DNA of 64,000 bases from Candidatus Eiseniibacteriota bacterium (GTDB lineage: Bacteria; Eisenbacteria; RBG-16-71-46), in assembly GCA_963707915.1 (NCBI GenBank), contig OY970178.1, positions 544,001 through 608,000 on the forward strand, read 5' to 3'. Below the pieces are notes generated by a model. That model saw only the letters and a program-made list of their open reading frames with translations, searched no databases and was not told the origin of the DNA. The position numbers and the translations under genes were made by a program. This document shows, piece by piece, positions 1 through 10,718 of this stretch. Position 1 is the first letter of the stretch. Each line of letters begins with the position of its first letter.

Positions 1-104
1 AGACTCCACATGCTCGTTCACGCCCAGGTCGTTCCCCGAGGGGCGTCCTCAAGGCAGTTCAATCATGAATATATTTCGCGACTGGGCGGAGAGGGGGGGA
101 TTGA

Positions 105-299
105 TTGCCCGGAATCAGGGTGAAGGACGGCGAGTCCTTCGAGAGTGCCCTGCGTCGATTCAAGAAGAAGTGTGAGAAGGCTGGGATCTTGGCTGACCTG
201 CGCCGTCATCAGCACTTCGAGAAGCCGAGTGAGCGGCGCAAGCGCAAGCTGAACGCGGCCAGGCGCAAGAACCTGGCTCGACGTCAGCAGGAGATCTGA
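105..299 (+). CDS. rpsU: 30S ribosomal protein S21
   Basis: [29 protein letters not shown]...[12 protein letters not shown] is a typical bS21; TTG start after a G-rich SD. Confidence 0.97.
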   Translation: MPGIRVKDGESFESALRRFKKKCEKAGILADLRRHQHFEKPSERRKRKLNAARRKNLARRQQEI

Positions 300-304
300 A
301 GAGC

Positions 305-877
305 CTGAACCTCTGGCATGGGTTCACCGCGCTGGACTGGGGCATCCTCGGTCTGGTCGTGGTGTTTATGGTTCGAGGTGTCATCCGCGGGTCGGTACGG
401 CAGGTGTTCGGCCTGCTGGGCGTGCTGATCGGCCTCTGGGTGGCCGTATGGGTTTCACGGTGGGTCGGAGCGCAGTGGCCTGGCGCCCGACCCGCCTTGG
501 TCTATTGGCTTCTGCGGTGGCTGGTGGCAGCCGTCGCGGGGCTGGCGGTGGCTTCCATCTTCCATTGGTGGGGAAGCCTGCTCGGCAAGGCCGCACAGGC
601 CGGGCCGGCGGGTTGGCTGGATCGCGTCCTTGGCGTCGCGCTGGGGGCGTTGATCGGCATGATGTGGGTGGTCGCGCTGGTGACGCTCGCGTTGTTCGCT
701 CCTCGGCTGACCGGGGCGCGGACCGCGGTGACACGGGCGGTGACGGCCCACGCGCTGGTGAGCACGGGTGCGCGTGCGTGCGATGCGATCGAGCCGCGGG
801 TGCCCATGCTCCACGGGTTGGGGCGTCTGCTCCACGAGGCAGAACGCCGCGCCCGGGCGCAATCCCGAGGTTCGTGA
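305..877 (+). CDS. cvpA: CvpA (colicin V production) family membrane protein
   Basis: Hydrophobic; LDWGILGLVVVFMVRGVIRG and WLDRVLGVALG motifs. The conserved N-terminus lies upstream of the first canonical start (GTG 359), so CTG 305 is suggested. Confidence 0.8.
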   Translation: MNLWHGFTALDWGILGLVVVFMVRGVIRGSVRQVFGLLGVLIGLWVAVWVSRWVGAQWPGARPALVYWLLRWLVAAVAGLAVASIFHWWGSLLGKAAQAGPAGWLDRVLGVALGALIGMMWVVALVTLALFAPRLTGARTAVTRAVTAHALVSTGARACDAIEPRVPMLHGLGRLLHEAERRARAQSRGS

Positions 878-923
878 CATCCAAGTGCGAGCGCGGGAGG
901 GCACCCGCGCCGAGGGGGGCGGC

Positions 924-3284
924 GTGGACGATCATTCCCTGCGACTCCTCGAATACGATCGCGTGACCGCCGCGATCGCGGCGCGCACGGCCGGGAACGG
1001 TGCCCGCGCGCGCCTGCTGGCCTGGCGCCCGTGGACCGACCCCGCGGAGCGGGCGCGCGAGAACGCGCTGCTCGACGCGGCGATCCGCCGCCAGCACGAG
1101 CCCGGCCCGTGGTGCCGGGTGGGCGCGGAAGACCTCGCGACGCGACTGGCGCCCGACGCGCGCGAGGCCCTCGACGGGCCCGGCCTGGTCGAGGTGCTCG
1201 GCTGGATCGAGGCGGCGCGCGAGACCCGCGGACTCTGGTCCGATGCGGGGGTGCGCGCGCGTTACGCCGGGCTGGCCGAACTCGTGGACGCGCTGCCCGA
1301 GTTGGAACTCCTGCGGCGCCGGCTGGCCGCCTCGCTCGAGCCGGACGGGCGCGTGGCGGACGGTGCCTCTGCCGACCTCGCCCGGCTGCGGCGCGGGCTC
1401 GAGCAGGGCGAACGCGGGGTCCAGCAGCGCCTCGAGCGCTGGGCGCACGGCTTCGGGGAATCGGCCTACGTGACCCGGCACGACGAGCGCTTCGTGGCGC
1501 TGGTGCCCGCGGCGGGCTTCCCGCGGCGGCGCGGCATCGTGCACGACGTCTCCGGCTCCGGGCACTCGCTGTTCGTCGAGCCGATCGAGTTGTGCGAGGC
1601 CAACAACGAGGTCATCGAGCTGCGCGCCGGGGTCGCGGAGGAGGAGCGCCGCATCCTCGTCGAGCTCGCCGCTGCGGTCCGGCAGGCGGGGCCGGAGCTC
1701 GAGGCCCTCGAGCAGGGGCTCGTCCGGCTCGACGGCCTGCACGCCCGCGCCCGCTGGGCGGCGGAGTTCGGCGCGATCGCCGTGGAGCCCGGCGGGGAGC
1801 GGCTCGCGCTGCGCGCCGCCCGGCACCCGTTGCTGGCGATGGGCGAGGGGCGCTCCGCCATCGTTCCGCTCGACCTCGAGCTCACCGCGCCGGGCCGCAT
1901 CCTGCTGGTCAGCGGGCCCAACATGGGGGGCAAGACGGTGCTCCTCAAGACCGTGGGGCTGGCCGTGGCGCTGGCGCACTCGGCGCTGCCGGTCCCGGCG
2001 GCCGAGGGCAGCGCGGTGCCGGTGATGGACACGATCGTGGCCGACCTCGGTGACGAGCAATCGGTGGACGAGGGGCTCTCGACCTTTGCGGGCCACTTGC
2101 GCGCCCTGGGGTGGATGGCGGAGCGCGCGGGCCCGCGTTGCCTGGTGCTGTGCGACGAGCTCGGGGCGGGGACGGACCCGGAGGAGGGCGCCTCGCTGGG
2201 CCGTGCGCTGCTCGAGCACTTCGCGGCGCGCGGCGCCTGGGGGGTCGTGACCACGCATCTCGGGAGCCTCAAGCGCGCGGCCGGCGAGGTGCCGGAGGTG
2301 GTGAACGGCTCGCTCGACTTCGACCTCGCGACCATGGCCCCCCGGTACCGCTTCCTCGCGGGGATCCCGGGTGCGAGCCACGCACTGGCGGTGGCCGAGC
2401 GGCTGGGGTTCCCGCCGGCGCTGGTGGCGCGTGCCCGCTCGCTGGCCCCGGCGGAAGCCGTGGCGCTCGAGCGGCTGCTGGCGGAGCTGCAGGAGACCCG
2501 GGCGCGGCTCGAGGACGAGCGCGCCCGCCTGGCGCAGTCCGAGGCGGACGCGCAGGCGGCCGCGGCGGAAGGCCGGGCGGCGGCCGAGGGGGCGCGGCGC
2601 GCGCTGGAGGAGTTGCGCCGGCGGCTGACGCGCGAGAGCGAGGCGGTGCTGGCGCGCGCGCGGGAACTGTGGCAGACGGTGCGGCGCGAGGCGCGGAGCG
2701 CGGAGCGGAGCCGCAACGGGGCCGAGCGCATCGGCGCGGAGATCGTGGCGGTGGAGGGCCAGGTGGAGGCGCTGCTGCGCACGGCCGACGAGGCGCTGGG
2801 CACGCCGCCGCCGGCCGGGGTGACCGGCCCGCTGGAGGCCGGGCGCCGGGTGCGGGTGCGGAACCTGGACGTCGAGGCCGAGGTGGTGAGCGGCCCCGAC
2901 GGCGAGGGGCGCGTGCGGCTGCGTCGCGGCAGCTGGAACATCCAAAGCCACGTGGGCCAGCTGGAGCCGGTCCGCCCGGCGGCGTCCGGAGCGGCCTCGG
3001 CGCCGGGCCCGCGGGCGTCGTGGAACGTTCCCGAGGACGCGCCGGGGATCGAGATCGACCTGCGCGGACTGGAGGCGGACGAGGCGCTGCGGAAGCTGGA
3101 CCAGGGGCTGGACCGCGCGGTCCTGAGCGGCTTCTCCGGGCTGAGGATCATCCACGGCGTGGGCCGGGGCGTGTTGCGCAACGTGGTGGAGCGCCACCTG
3201 CGCGGGCATCCGCAGGTCGCCTCGCAGCGGCTGGGTGGCGTCGGCGAAGGCGGCCGCGGGGTGACCGTGGTGGTGCTGCGATGA
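924..3284 (+). CDS. mutS2: MutS2 endonuclease / ribosome-collision ATPase with Smr domain
   Basis: LLEYDRV N-terminus, SGPNMGGKT Walker [14 protein letters not shown]-terminal [13 protein letters not shown] Smr domain. Confidence 0.93.
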   Translation: MDDHSLRLLEYDRVTAAIAARTAGNGARARLLAWRPWTDPAERARENALLDAAIRRQHEPGPWCRVGAEDLATRLAPDAREALDGPGLVEVLGWIEAARETRGLWSDAGVRARYAGLAELVDALPELELLRRRLAASLEPDGRVADGASADLARLRRGLEQGERGVQQRLERWAHGFGESAYVTRHDERFVALVPAAGFPRRRGIVHDVSGSGHSLFVEPIELCEANNEVIELRAGVAEEERRILVELAAAVRQAGPELEALEQGLVRLDGLHARARWAAEFGAIAVEPGGERLALRAARHPLLAMGEGRSAIVPLDLELTAPGRILLVSGPNMGGKTVLLKTVGLAVALAHSALPVPAAEGSAVPVMDTIVADLGDEQSVDEGLSTFAGHLRALGWMAERAGPRCLVLCDELGAGTDPEEGASLGRALLEHFAARGAWGVVTTHLGSLKRAAGEVPEVVNGSLDFDLATMAPRYRFLAGIPGASHALAVAERLGFPPALVARARSLAPAEAVALERLLAELQETRARLEDERARLAQSEADAQAAAAEGRAAAEGARRALEELRRRLTRESEAVLARARELWQTVRREARSAERSRNGAERIGAEIVAVEGQVEALLRTADEALGTPPPAGVTGPLEAGRRVRVRNLDVEAEVVSGPDGEGRVRLRRGSWNIQSHVGQLEPVRPAASGAASAPGPRASWNVPEDAPGIEIDLRGLEADEALRKLDQGLDRAVLSGFSGLRIIHGVGRGVLRNVVERHLRGHPQVASQRLGGVGEGGRGVTVVVLR

Positions 3285-5066
3285 GGGACGACGTGCGGGG
3301 CGGCGCGGCGGTCCGCGGTCCGCGCGGGCTCGACGACTGGGTGGAGCGCGTGCGCGCGGCCAGCGACATCGTCGAGATCGTCGGGCAGACCGTGGCGTTG
3401 AAGCGCACCGGGCGGAACCTGGTCGGGCTCTGCCCGTTCCACAAGGAGAAGAGCGGCTCGTTCTCGGTGAACGCGGAGCGCCAGTTCTACCACTGCTTCG
3501 GCTGCAAGGCGGGGGGCGACGTCTTCCGGTTCGTGCAGGAGACGGAGAAGGTGGGCTTCATCGAGGCGGTCGAGATCCTGAGCCGGCGCGCGGGCATCGC
3601 GGTGCCCCCGCGCCACGGCGAGGCCGCCGGGGCCGCCGGCGGGCGCGGGCGGCTGAGCGAGGCGCTCGAGGCGGCCGCGCAGGCGTACGAGCAGTGGCTG
3701 GGGGATCCCGACGCGGGCGCGGCCACGCGGGCGTACCTCGAGCGGCGCGGCCTGACCCGGGACACGCAGCGCGCCTTCCGCCTCGGGCTCGCGCCCGCGG
3801 GCTGGGAGAACCTGGTCCAGCGCCTGCGCGGGCGCGTCGCGGACGACGTGCTGGTCGAGGCGGGCCTGGCGGCGCGCCGGGAGAGCGGCCGTGGCGGCCT
3901 CTACGACCGCTTCCGCAACCGGCTCATGGTGCCGCTGGTGGCACCCGGCGGCGCGGTGGTGGGATTCGGCGCGCGCGCCCTCTCGGACGCGGAGCAGCCG
4001 AAGTACCTCAACTCGCCGGAGACGCCGGTCTACCACAAGGGCGCCTTCCTGTTCGGCCTCGACCAGGCGCGGCGCAAGACCGACCGCGACGGGGAGATGA
4101 TCGTGGTCGAGGGCTACTTCGACGCCATCGCCCTCCACCAGGCCGGGCTGGGGAACACGGTGGCGACCTCGGGAACGGCGTTGACGCCGGACCAGGCGCG
4201 GCTGCTGAAGCGCGTGGTGCCGCGGATCGTGCTGACCTACGACGGCGATACCGCGGGCCAGGAGGCGATGATGCGCTCGCTCGGCGTGCTGCTGGCCGAG
4301 GGGCTCGACGTGGCGGTCGCGGACCTGCCCGCGGGCGAGGACCCGGACACGCTGGTGAAGCAGGGCGGGCTCGAGGCGTGGAGCGCGGTGCGCGCCCGCG
4401 CCGCCGACCCGGTCGAGTTCATCCAGCGGCACGTGCTGCGCGGCCACGCCGGCGGGCGCGATCCGCGCGAGCGCGCGCTCCAGGCCGTCGTCGACCTGGG
4501 CGTGAGGGTCCCGGACCCGATCCGGCGCCAGGCCCTGGTGGAGCGCGCCAGCCAGGTGTTCCGCCAGCCCGAGCGCGTGATCGCGCGGGCCATGGACCTG
4601 CGCCGCGCGGGGCAGCCGTCGGAGCGCCCGGTCGAGGCGGCGGTCCGGCAGCAGCGCGCCGGCGAGGTCCACGGCGAACGCCGGCTGCTCGAGGCGCTGC
4701 TGCACCGGCCCGAGAGCCTCGACCGAGGTCCGCGCGCTGGTCGCGCCGCAGGACTTCGGCGACCCGCTGTGCGCCGCGCTGGCGGAGTGGCTCTGGGCGG
4801 GACGCGCGGGCTTCCCGGCGGAGGACGAGGCCGCCGCGCTGGCGCGCGAGCTGGCCACGTCCGAGCCCGAGGACTGGGAGGCGCTCGCGCGGGGCGCGGC
4901 GCGGCGCCTGCTGCAGCACCGTCTCGCCCGCCAGCACCGCGAGAAACAGGAGGAGTTGCGCCGCGACCCCCACGGTCCGGGGGCGGCCCGGCTCCTGCAG
5001 GAGATCCAGCAGATCGCACTTTCCATCCGAGAGATCGACCTATCCGTACAAGGGCCCTCCCGTTGA
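3281..5066 (+). CDS. dnaG: DNA primase (one apparent +1 frameshift at about 4724)
   Basis: CPFHKEK..CFGC zinc finger, [21 protein letters not shown] toprim. The C-terminal helical domain continues in the next frame ([11 protein letters not shown]...) to TGA 5064-5066. Confidence 0.93.
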
Positions 5067-5082
5067 GGAGAATCTGAATCCC

Positions 5083-6888
5083 ATGGCGACCGCTTCCACG
5101 AAGACCAAGAAGGTGAAGCTCCAGGAGAAGGCCGAGAACCGCAAGCGCCTCGACGAGATCAAGGGGCTGGCGGTGCGGCAGGGCTACATCACCGAGGACC
5201 AGGTCGTCTCGCTGCTGGGAGACGACGACGATCCCGAGGTGCAGGTCGAGCAGATGGAGGAAGTCCACGACATGCTCAACCAGCTGCACATCGAGGTCTT
5301 CGCCGGGGAGGAGGAGGCGCACGAGCGCGCGAAGCAGCTGCGCAAGCTCGACGACAAGAAGCCGCCCGCGCCGTCGAAGGCGCTGCCGCAGCAGCCGGTC
5401 CGTTACGACGACCCGGTCCGCATGTACCTGCGGGAGATGGGGCGCGTGCCCCTGCTCACGCGCGAGGGCGAGGTCGAGATCGCGCGCCGCATCGAGGCGG
5501 GGGAGCGGCAGATCGTGGCCGCCCTGTTCCGGGCGGGGCCGTCCAAGGCCGAGATCCGTTCGCTCGGCAAGCGGCTCCGGGACGAGCAGCTCAAGATCGA
5601 GGACTTCATCAAGGTGGACGAGAACGCCACCACCGAGCAGGCGCTGCTGCGCGAGCGGCAGCGGGCGCTGAAGATCCTCGACCGCGTCTTCCTGCTGCAG
5701 AAGCGCTACGACGAGAACCTGAAGAAGGAAGGCAGCCGCATGAGCGAGCGGGTGCGCCACAGCTACCAGGCGAACTTCGCCAAGAACGAGGCGGAGCTGA
5801 CCCAGGAGCTGCACAAGCTCTCGATGAACCCCCGCATGGTCGAGGACCTGGCCGCCCCGGTGAAGGCGCTCGCCGAGCGCGCCCAGCAGCTGGACGAGCG
5901 CGAGGCCGAGCTCGAGCGCCAGTTCGGCCACGGGGTCGACGAGATGAACCGGTTCGCCAAGCGCCAGAAGAAGGGCGGGCGCGAGCTGCGCGCGGTCGAG
6001 CGCGAGTCGGGGCTCAAGCACACGCAGGTGGCCGAGTTCCAGAACGAGCTCAAGGAGGTCCGCAAGGAGACCAAGGCGCTCGAGGCCGAGGGCGACATGA
6101 CCCGGGAGCACCTGCACGAGCTCTACCGGCAGATCATCGACGGCGAGCGCGCCACCGGGCAGGCCAAGAAGGAGATGATCGAGGCCAACGTCCGGCTGGT
6201 CATCTCGATCGCCAAGCGCTACACCAACCGGGGCCTCGAGTTCCTCGACCTGATCCAGGAGGGCAACTCGGGCCTGATGCGCGCGGTGGACAAGTTCGAC
6301 TACACCAAGGGCTACAAGTTCTCGACCTACGCGACGTGGTGGATCCGGCAGGCCATCACCCGTGCCATCGCCGACCAGGCCCGGACCATCCGCGTGCCGG
6401 TGCACATGATCGAGCACATCAACCGCGTGGTGCGGGTCTCGCGCCGGCTGGTGCAGGAGCTCGGGCGCGAGCCGACCCCCGAGGAGATCGCGGAGCGGCT
6501 GGACCTGCCCGCCGACAAGGTGAAGAGCATCCTCAAGGCGGCGCAGGAGCCGATCTCGCTCGACCGTCCGATCGGCGAGGACGACGACTCGAACCTCGGC
6601 GACTTCATCGAGGACACCAGCGTCGTGAGCCCCGCGCACTCGGCCGCCTCGGCGATGCTGCGCGACGAGGTCAGCGACGTGCTCAAGACGCTCACGCCGC
6701 GCGAAGCGAAGGTCATCCGCCTGCGCTTCGGGCTCACCGAGGACGGCGCCCAGCGGACGCTGGAGGAGGTCGGCGCCTTCTTCAACGTGACGCGCGAGCG
6801 CATCCGGCAGATCGAGGCGAAGGCGCTGCGCAAGCTGCGGCACCCGACCCGCAGCCGCCGGCTGAAGGCCTACACGGAGCTGTTGTAG
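5083..6888 (+). CDS. rpoD: RNA polymerase primary sigma factor
   Basis: [11 protein letters not shown] (1.2), [64 protein letters not shown]. Confidence 0.98.
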   Translation: MATASTKTKKVKLQEKAENRKRLDEIKGLAVRQGYITEDQVVSLLGDDDDPEVQVEQMEEVHDMLNQLHIEVFAGEEEAHERAKQLRKLDDKKPPAPSKALPQQPVRYDDPVRMYLREMGRVPLLTREGEVEIARRIEAGERQIVAALFRAGPSKAEIRSLGKRLRDEQLKIEDFIKVDENATTEQALLRERQRALKILDRVFLLQKRYDENLKKEGSRMSERVRHSYQANFAKNEAELTQELHKLSMNPRMVEDLAAPVKALAERAQQLDEREAELERQFGHGVDEMNRFAKRQKKGGRELRAVERESGLKHTQVAEFQNELKEVRKETKALEAEGDMTREHLHELYRQIIDGERATGQAKKEMIEANVRLVISIAKRYTNRGLEFLDLIQEGNSGLMRAVDKFDYTKGYKFSTYATWWIRQAITRAIADQARTIRVPVHMIEHINRVVRVSRRLVQELGREPTPEEIAERLDLPADKVKSILKAAQEPISLDRPIGEDDDSNLGDFIEDTSVVSPAHSAASAMLRDEVSDVLKTLTPREAKVIRLRFGLTEDGAQRTLEEVGAFFNVTRERIRQIEAKALRKLRHPTRSRRLKAYTELL

Positions 6889-6921
6889 CGGCACACCGGG
6901 CCGATGGGGGGCGGGCGCGCC

Positions 6922-6951
6922 TTGACACCCCTCGCGAGCGGGTGCTAGAAA
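6922..6951 (+). promoter_or_regulatory. sigma70-type promoter for the tRNA pair
   Basis: TTGACA-N18-TAGAAA with TG extended -10. Confidence 0.6.
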
Positions 6952-6991
6952 CACTCGGTTTCGGGCGCCGGTGACGTGAAGTTCGGGCACC

Positions 6992-7065
6992 GGGCCCATA
7001 GCTCAGTGGTCCAGAGCGGCCGGCTCATAACCGGCAAGACCCTGGTTCGAATCCAGGTGGGCCCA
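6992..7065 (+). tRNA. tRNA with CAT anticodon, probably tRNA-Ile2 (lysidine type)
   Basis: GGGCCCA/TGGGCCC acceptor, GCCGG-CTCATAA-CCGGC anticodon arm, GGTTCGAATCC T arm. No initiator features; CCA not encoded. Confidence 0.9.
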
Positions 7066-7107
7066 GAATCGAACGCCGCAGGTGGCCCGCGCGGGCCGCG
7101 TCGAGTG

Positions 7108-7183
7108 GGGCGGGTAGCTCAGCTGGCAGAGCACCTGGATCACAACCAGGGGGTCACAGGTTCAAGTCCTGTTCCGCCCACCA
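7108..7183 (+). tRNA. tRNA-Val(CAC)
   Basis: GGGCGGG/TCCGCCC acceptor, CCTGG-ATCACAA-CCAGG anticodon arm, GGTTCAAGTCC T arm, encoded CCA. Confidence 0.93.
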
Positions 7184-7342
7184 TCTCCGACGCGAGCGCG
7201 GCCGAACGAGGGAGTGCGTGAGCCGATGATGTCGCCACCGCGTGCGAACGCCGGCCGCCGGCCGGCCCGGAGGTGGCGCAGTCGGGCGCCGCTCTGCCCG
7301 GGCCGCGTGCGCGGTTCTGCCGGAGCGGCGGTGCGCGCTGCC

Positions 7343-7375
7343 GAGCGGGGACGTCCCCAGGGGACGTCCCCGCTC
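7343..7375. repeat. 33-bp inverted repeat made of two self-palindromic GGGGACGTCCCC units
   Basis: GAGC-GGGGACGTCCCC-A-GGGGACGTCCCC-GCTC. Confidence 0.8.
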
Positions 7376-7395
7376 TTCATTTACGGGGAGAGACG

Positions 7396-8109
7396 ATGAG
7401 CGAGGAGATCGACCGGCTGTGGGCTCTGCAGGAGCTCGACGAGCAGGCCGCCGGCCTGCGCGAGGTCCTGGCGCGGTTCCCGGAGCAGCGCCGCGAGCTC
7501 GAGCGCCGGATCGTGGAGGCGCGCCAGCGGCTCGAGCAGGCCAGGGCGCGGGTGGCGGAGGCCCAGCGGCAGCGCCGCGAGCTCGAGCGTGAGGCGGGCG
7601 CGCTGGTCGAACAGGAACGGCGCTTCCAGCAGCAGCTCCCCGCGATCAAGAAGAACGAGGAGTACACGGCGCTGCTGCACGAGATCGAGGGCTCGCGCAA
7701 GAAGCGGTCGGCGATCGAGACCCAGGTGCTCGAGCGGATGGAGGAGGAGGAGCGCGAGCAGCGGGAGCGGCCGGCGCTCGACCAGGCGCTGAAGACCGCG
7801 GAGGGCGAGGCGGCCGCCCGGGCGAAGCAGATCGAGGCCGAGCAGGCCGCCGAGCAGGCGAAGCTGGACGTGATCGAGGCCCGCCGCGACGCGCACGTCC
7901 GGGAGCTGGCCCCGGCGACCCGGTCGCGCTACGAGCGCGTCCACGCCTCGCGCGAGGGGCGCGCGGTGGTGGCGATCCTCAAGGGTGCCTGCGGTGGCTG
8001 CTACCGCACGCTGCCGCCGGCCGTGCTGCAGGAGGCCCGCCGCCGCGACCGGATGATGAGCTGCGAGGGTTGCGGACGCATCATCGTCTGGCCCCCCGTC
8101 GAACCGTAG
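7396..8109 (+). CDS. Coiled-coil plus C4 zinc-ribbon protein (DUF164 / CT398-CdsZ / FlgZ-like)
   Basis: LWALQELD N-terminus, long coiled coil with KNEEYTALLHEI, CGGC...CEGCGRII. Confidence 0.9.
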   Translation: MSEEIDRLWALQELDEQAAGLREVLARFPEQRRELERRIVEARQRLEQARARVAEAQRQRRELEREAGALVEQERRFQQQLPAIKKNEEYTALLHEIEGSRKKRSAIETQVLERMEEEEREQRERPALDQALKTAEGEAAARAKQIEAEQAAEQAKLDVIEARRDAHVRELAPATRSRYERVHASREGRAVVAILKGACGGCYRTLPPAVLQEARRRDRMMSCEGCGRIIVWPPVEP

Positions 8110-8119
8110 CCGGCCCGCG

Positions 8120-9639
8120 ATGCACGATCCCGTGAGCGAGGGTCCGGCGGACGGTCGGACGCCGGGGCCGCGCCGGCTGCGGTCCGACCTGCCGTTCCGG
8201 CGCATCGCGCTGGTGCTCTCCGGCGGCGGCGCGCTCGGCGCCTACGAGGTCGGCGTGCTGCGGGTGGTGGAGGCGGTCCGGCTGGCGCCCACCATCGTGG
8301 CCGGGGTCTCGGTCGGGGCGATCAACGCGGTGGTGTGGCGCGCGCACGGCGGGCGCACCGCGGTGCTCGAGGAGGTCTGGCGGCGGATGACCGCGGCCGA
8401 CGTCGGTTTCCGCTGGGTGACGCTGGTGCTGCGCGGCGCTGGGCGCACTGGTGGCGACGCTGGGACTGGTCGAGCTGGTCCTCACCCTGATCGGCTCGCG
8501 CGAGCTGTCCGGCTCCTACTGGCTCTGGAAGCACGGCAGCGCCCGCATCGACCGGGCCTCGACGATGCTCGACCTGTGGATGTGGGGGCTGTTCGCGATG
8601 GTCGGCCTGCTGGCGATGGCGCTCATCGCGCCCGGTGGAGTCGTGGCTGGCGCGCCAGCGTCCGGTCGCGGACCTCGGCCGCGCCTCGCGCCGCTTCGGC
8701 CGCATCGTGCTGGGGCTCTGGATGGCGTACGCCGTGGTCTGGATCCTCGGGGTGCCCTGGCCGCACCGCTTCACCGTGAGCGCCCTGCTCGCGCTCGCGG
8801 TGGTGTGGCTGGCGAACCGCCCGGGTCGCACCGAGCGCCTGGGCGCGGCGGGTGACACACCTGCTCACGCCGGAGACGCGGGGCCGCGGGCTGTGGGGCG
8901 TGGCGGGGCGGCGAGCGCATGCTCCAGCGCCTGGTGGGATCCGGCGACGCGGCCCGGCTCATGGATCCCGCCGTGCGCCTGGTGATCAGCGCGCTGGCCA
9001 TCGATTCCGGGCGCATCGCGCACTTCGTGACCGGCCCGCCGCCGGGGGACGCCTTCGTGCAGCGGCTGGAGGGCAGCCTGGGCGAGGTCGTGCGGGTGCG
9101 CGAGCCGGACGAGGTCCTGCAGGCGGTGCTGGCCTCGTCGGCCATCCCGGGAGTCTTCGAGCCGGTCCGCATCCGCGGCCGCGACTTCGTCGACGCGGGC
9201 GGCTTCGCGAACCAGCCGCTGCACGTCGCGCTGGCGGCCGACGCCGACGCGGCGCTGGTGGTGCTGCTGTCGCCGAGCGGCCCGCCGTCGCCGGCGCCGC
9301 CGCCGTCGAGCCTGTTCGCGCTCGGCAGCCGGCTGCTCGAGGTGGCGAACTGGCGCGACATGCAGGCGGAGTTGCGCAGCCTCCCGCCGGGCTGGTCGCG
9401 CGAGGGCGACCCGGCGCGCATGTGCGTGGTCGAGCCCGACACGACGCTGCCCGGCGGCGTGCTGGGATTCGATCCGGCGCAACGCCGCGGCGCTCATCGC
9501 GCGCGGCGAGGAGGACGCCTGGGAGGCGCTCGAGCGCGCCGGCTGGCTGGCGCCGGCCGGGAGCGCGGCGCGGCTGAGCAAGCCCGGGCGCGGCGCGCGC
9601 GCGGCGCGTGCGCTTGTGACTCCGGGGGCGTTCGTCTAA
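8120..9639 (+). CDS. Patatin-like phospholipase with inserted TM segments (five apparent +1 frameshifts)
   Basis: LVLSGGGALGAY, GVSVG nucleophile elbow, ASSAIPGVF, FVDAGG. Coding frame steps +1 at about 8435, 8633, 8838, 8915 and 9480. Confidence 0.75.
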
Positions 9640-9648
9640 CCTCGGCGC

Positions 9649-10069
9649 GTGAGCATCCCGACCGGCGGTGAGTGGATCGTGCGCTGCGACGGCGGCTCCC
9701 GGGGCAACCCCGGGCCGGCGGCGCTGGGCTACGTGCTCCTCGACCCCGCGGGCCGCGAGGCGGAAGCGCGCGGCGAGCGCATCGGGGCGGCCACCAACAA
9801 CGTGGCCGAGTACCGGTCGCTGATCGCGGGGCTGGAGGCGGCGGCCCGCGCCGGGGCCGATCCGCTGCTGGTGTGCATGGATTCCGAACTGGTGGTGCGT
9901 CAGATGACGGGTGAGTACCGCGTGAAGAACGCCGGCCTGAAGCCGCTGCACGCGCAGGCCCGGCGCGTGCTCGCGAAGCTCGGCCGGGTGCGGTTCAGCT
10001 CGGTGCGGCGCGAGGCCAACACGCACGCCGACCGGCTCGTCAACGAGGCACTCGACGAAGTCCTGGGTT

Positions 10070-10086
<17 letters not shown>
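9649..10086 (+). CDS. rnhA: Ribonuclease HI (archaeal/actinobacterial-like type)
   Basis: DGGSRGNPGPA, TNNVAEY, DSELVVRQMTGEYRVK, RREANTHADRL. Confidence 0.93.
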
Positions 10087-10486
<400 letters not shown>

Positions 10487-10718
10487 GTGTTTCCTTCCGG
10501 AGAGCCGCCGCGCGCACGGGACCGCCCAGGCGGATCCTGCCGCGCCGGCGGTGCCGGACGGCCGGGACGCGGCATCACGCGCGCGACCGACGGCGCCGGG
10601 CCGATACAGGTCCGAGGCCGGCGGTGGCGCGTCCTTGACCCTTTGGAAGCGAGGCTGACAGCGTGACCGAAGCGTCGTCCTCCGTCGCGCGCCGCGTGCT
10701 CCCGTTCGTGGGCCTTCC

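Noticed and set aside
4721..5077. Programmed frameshift in dnaG
   Set aside because: No slippery sequence at the site, and it belongs to a cluster of similar single-base insertions.
6992..7395. tRNA-anchored prophage or genomic island
   Set aside because: No integrase, no duplicated tRNA 3' end and no compositional shift; the downstream genes are housekeeping.
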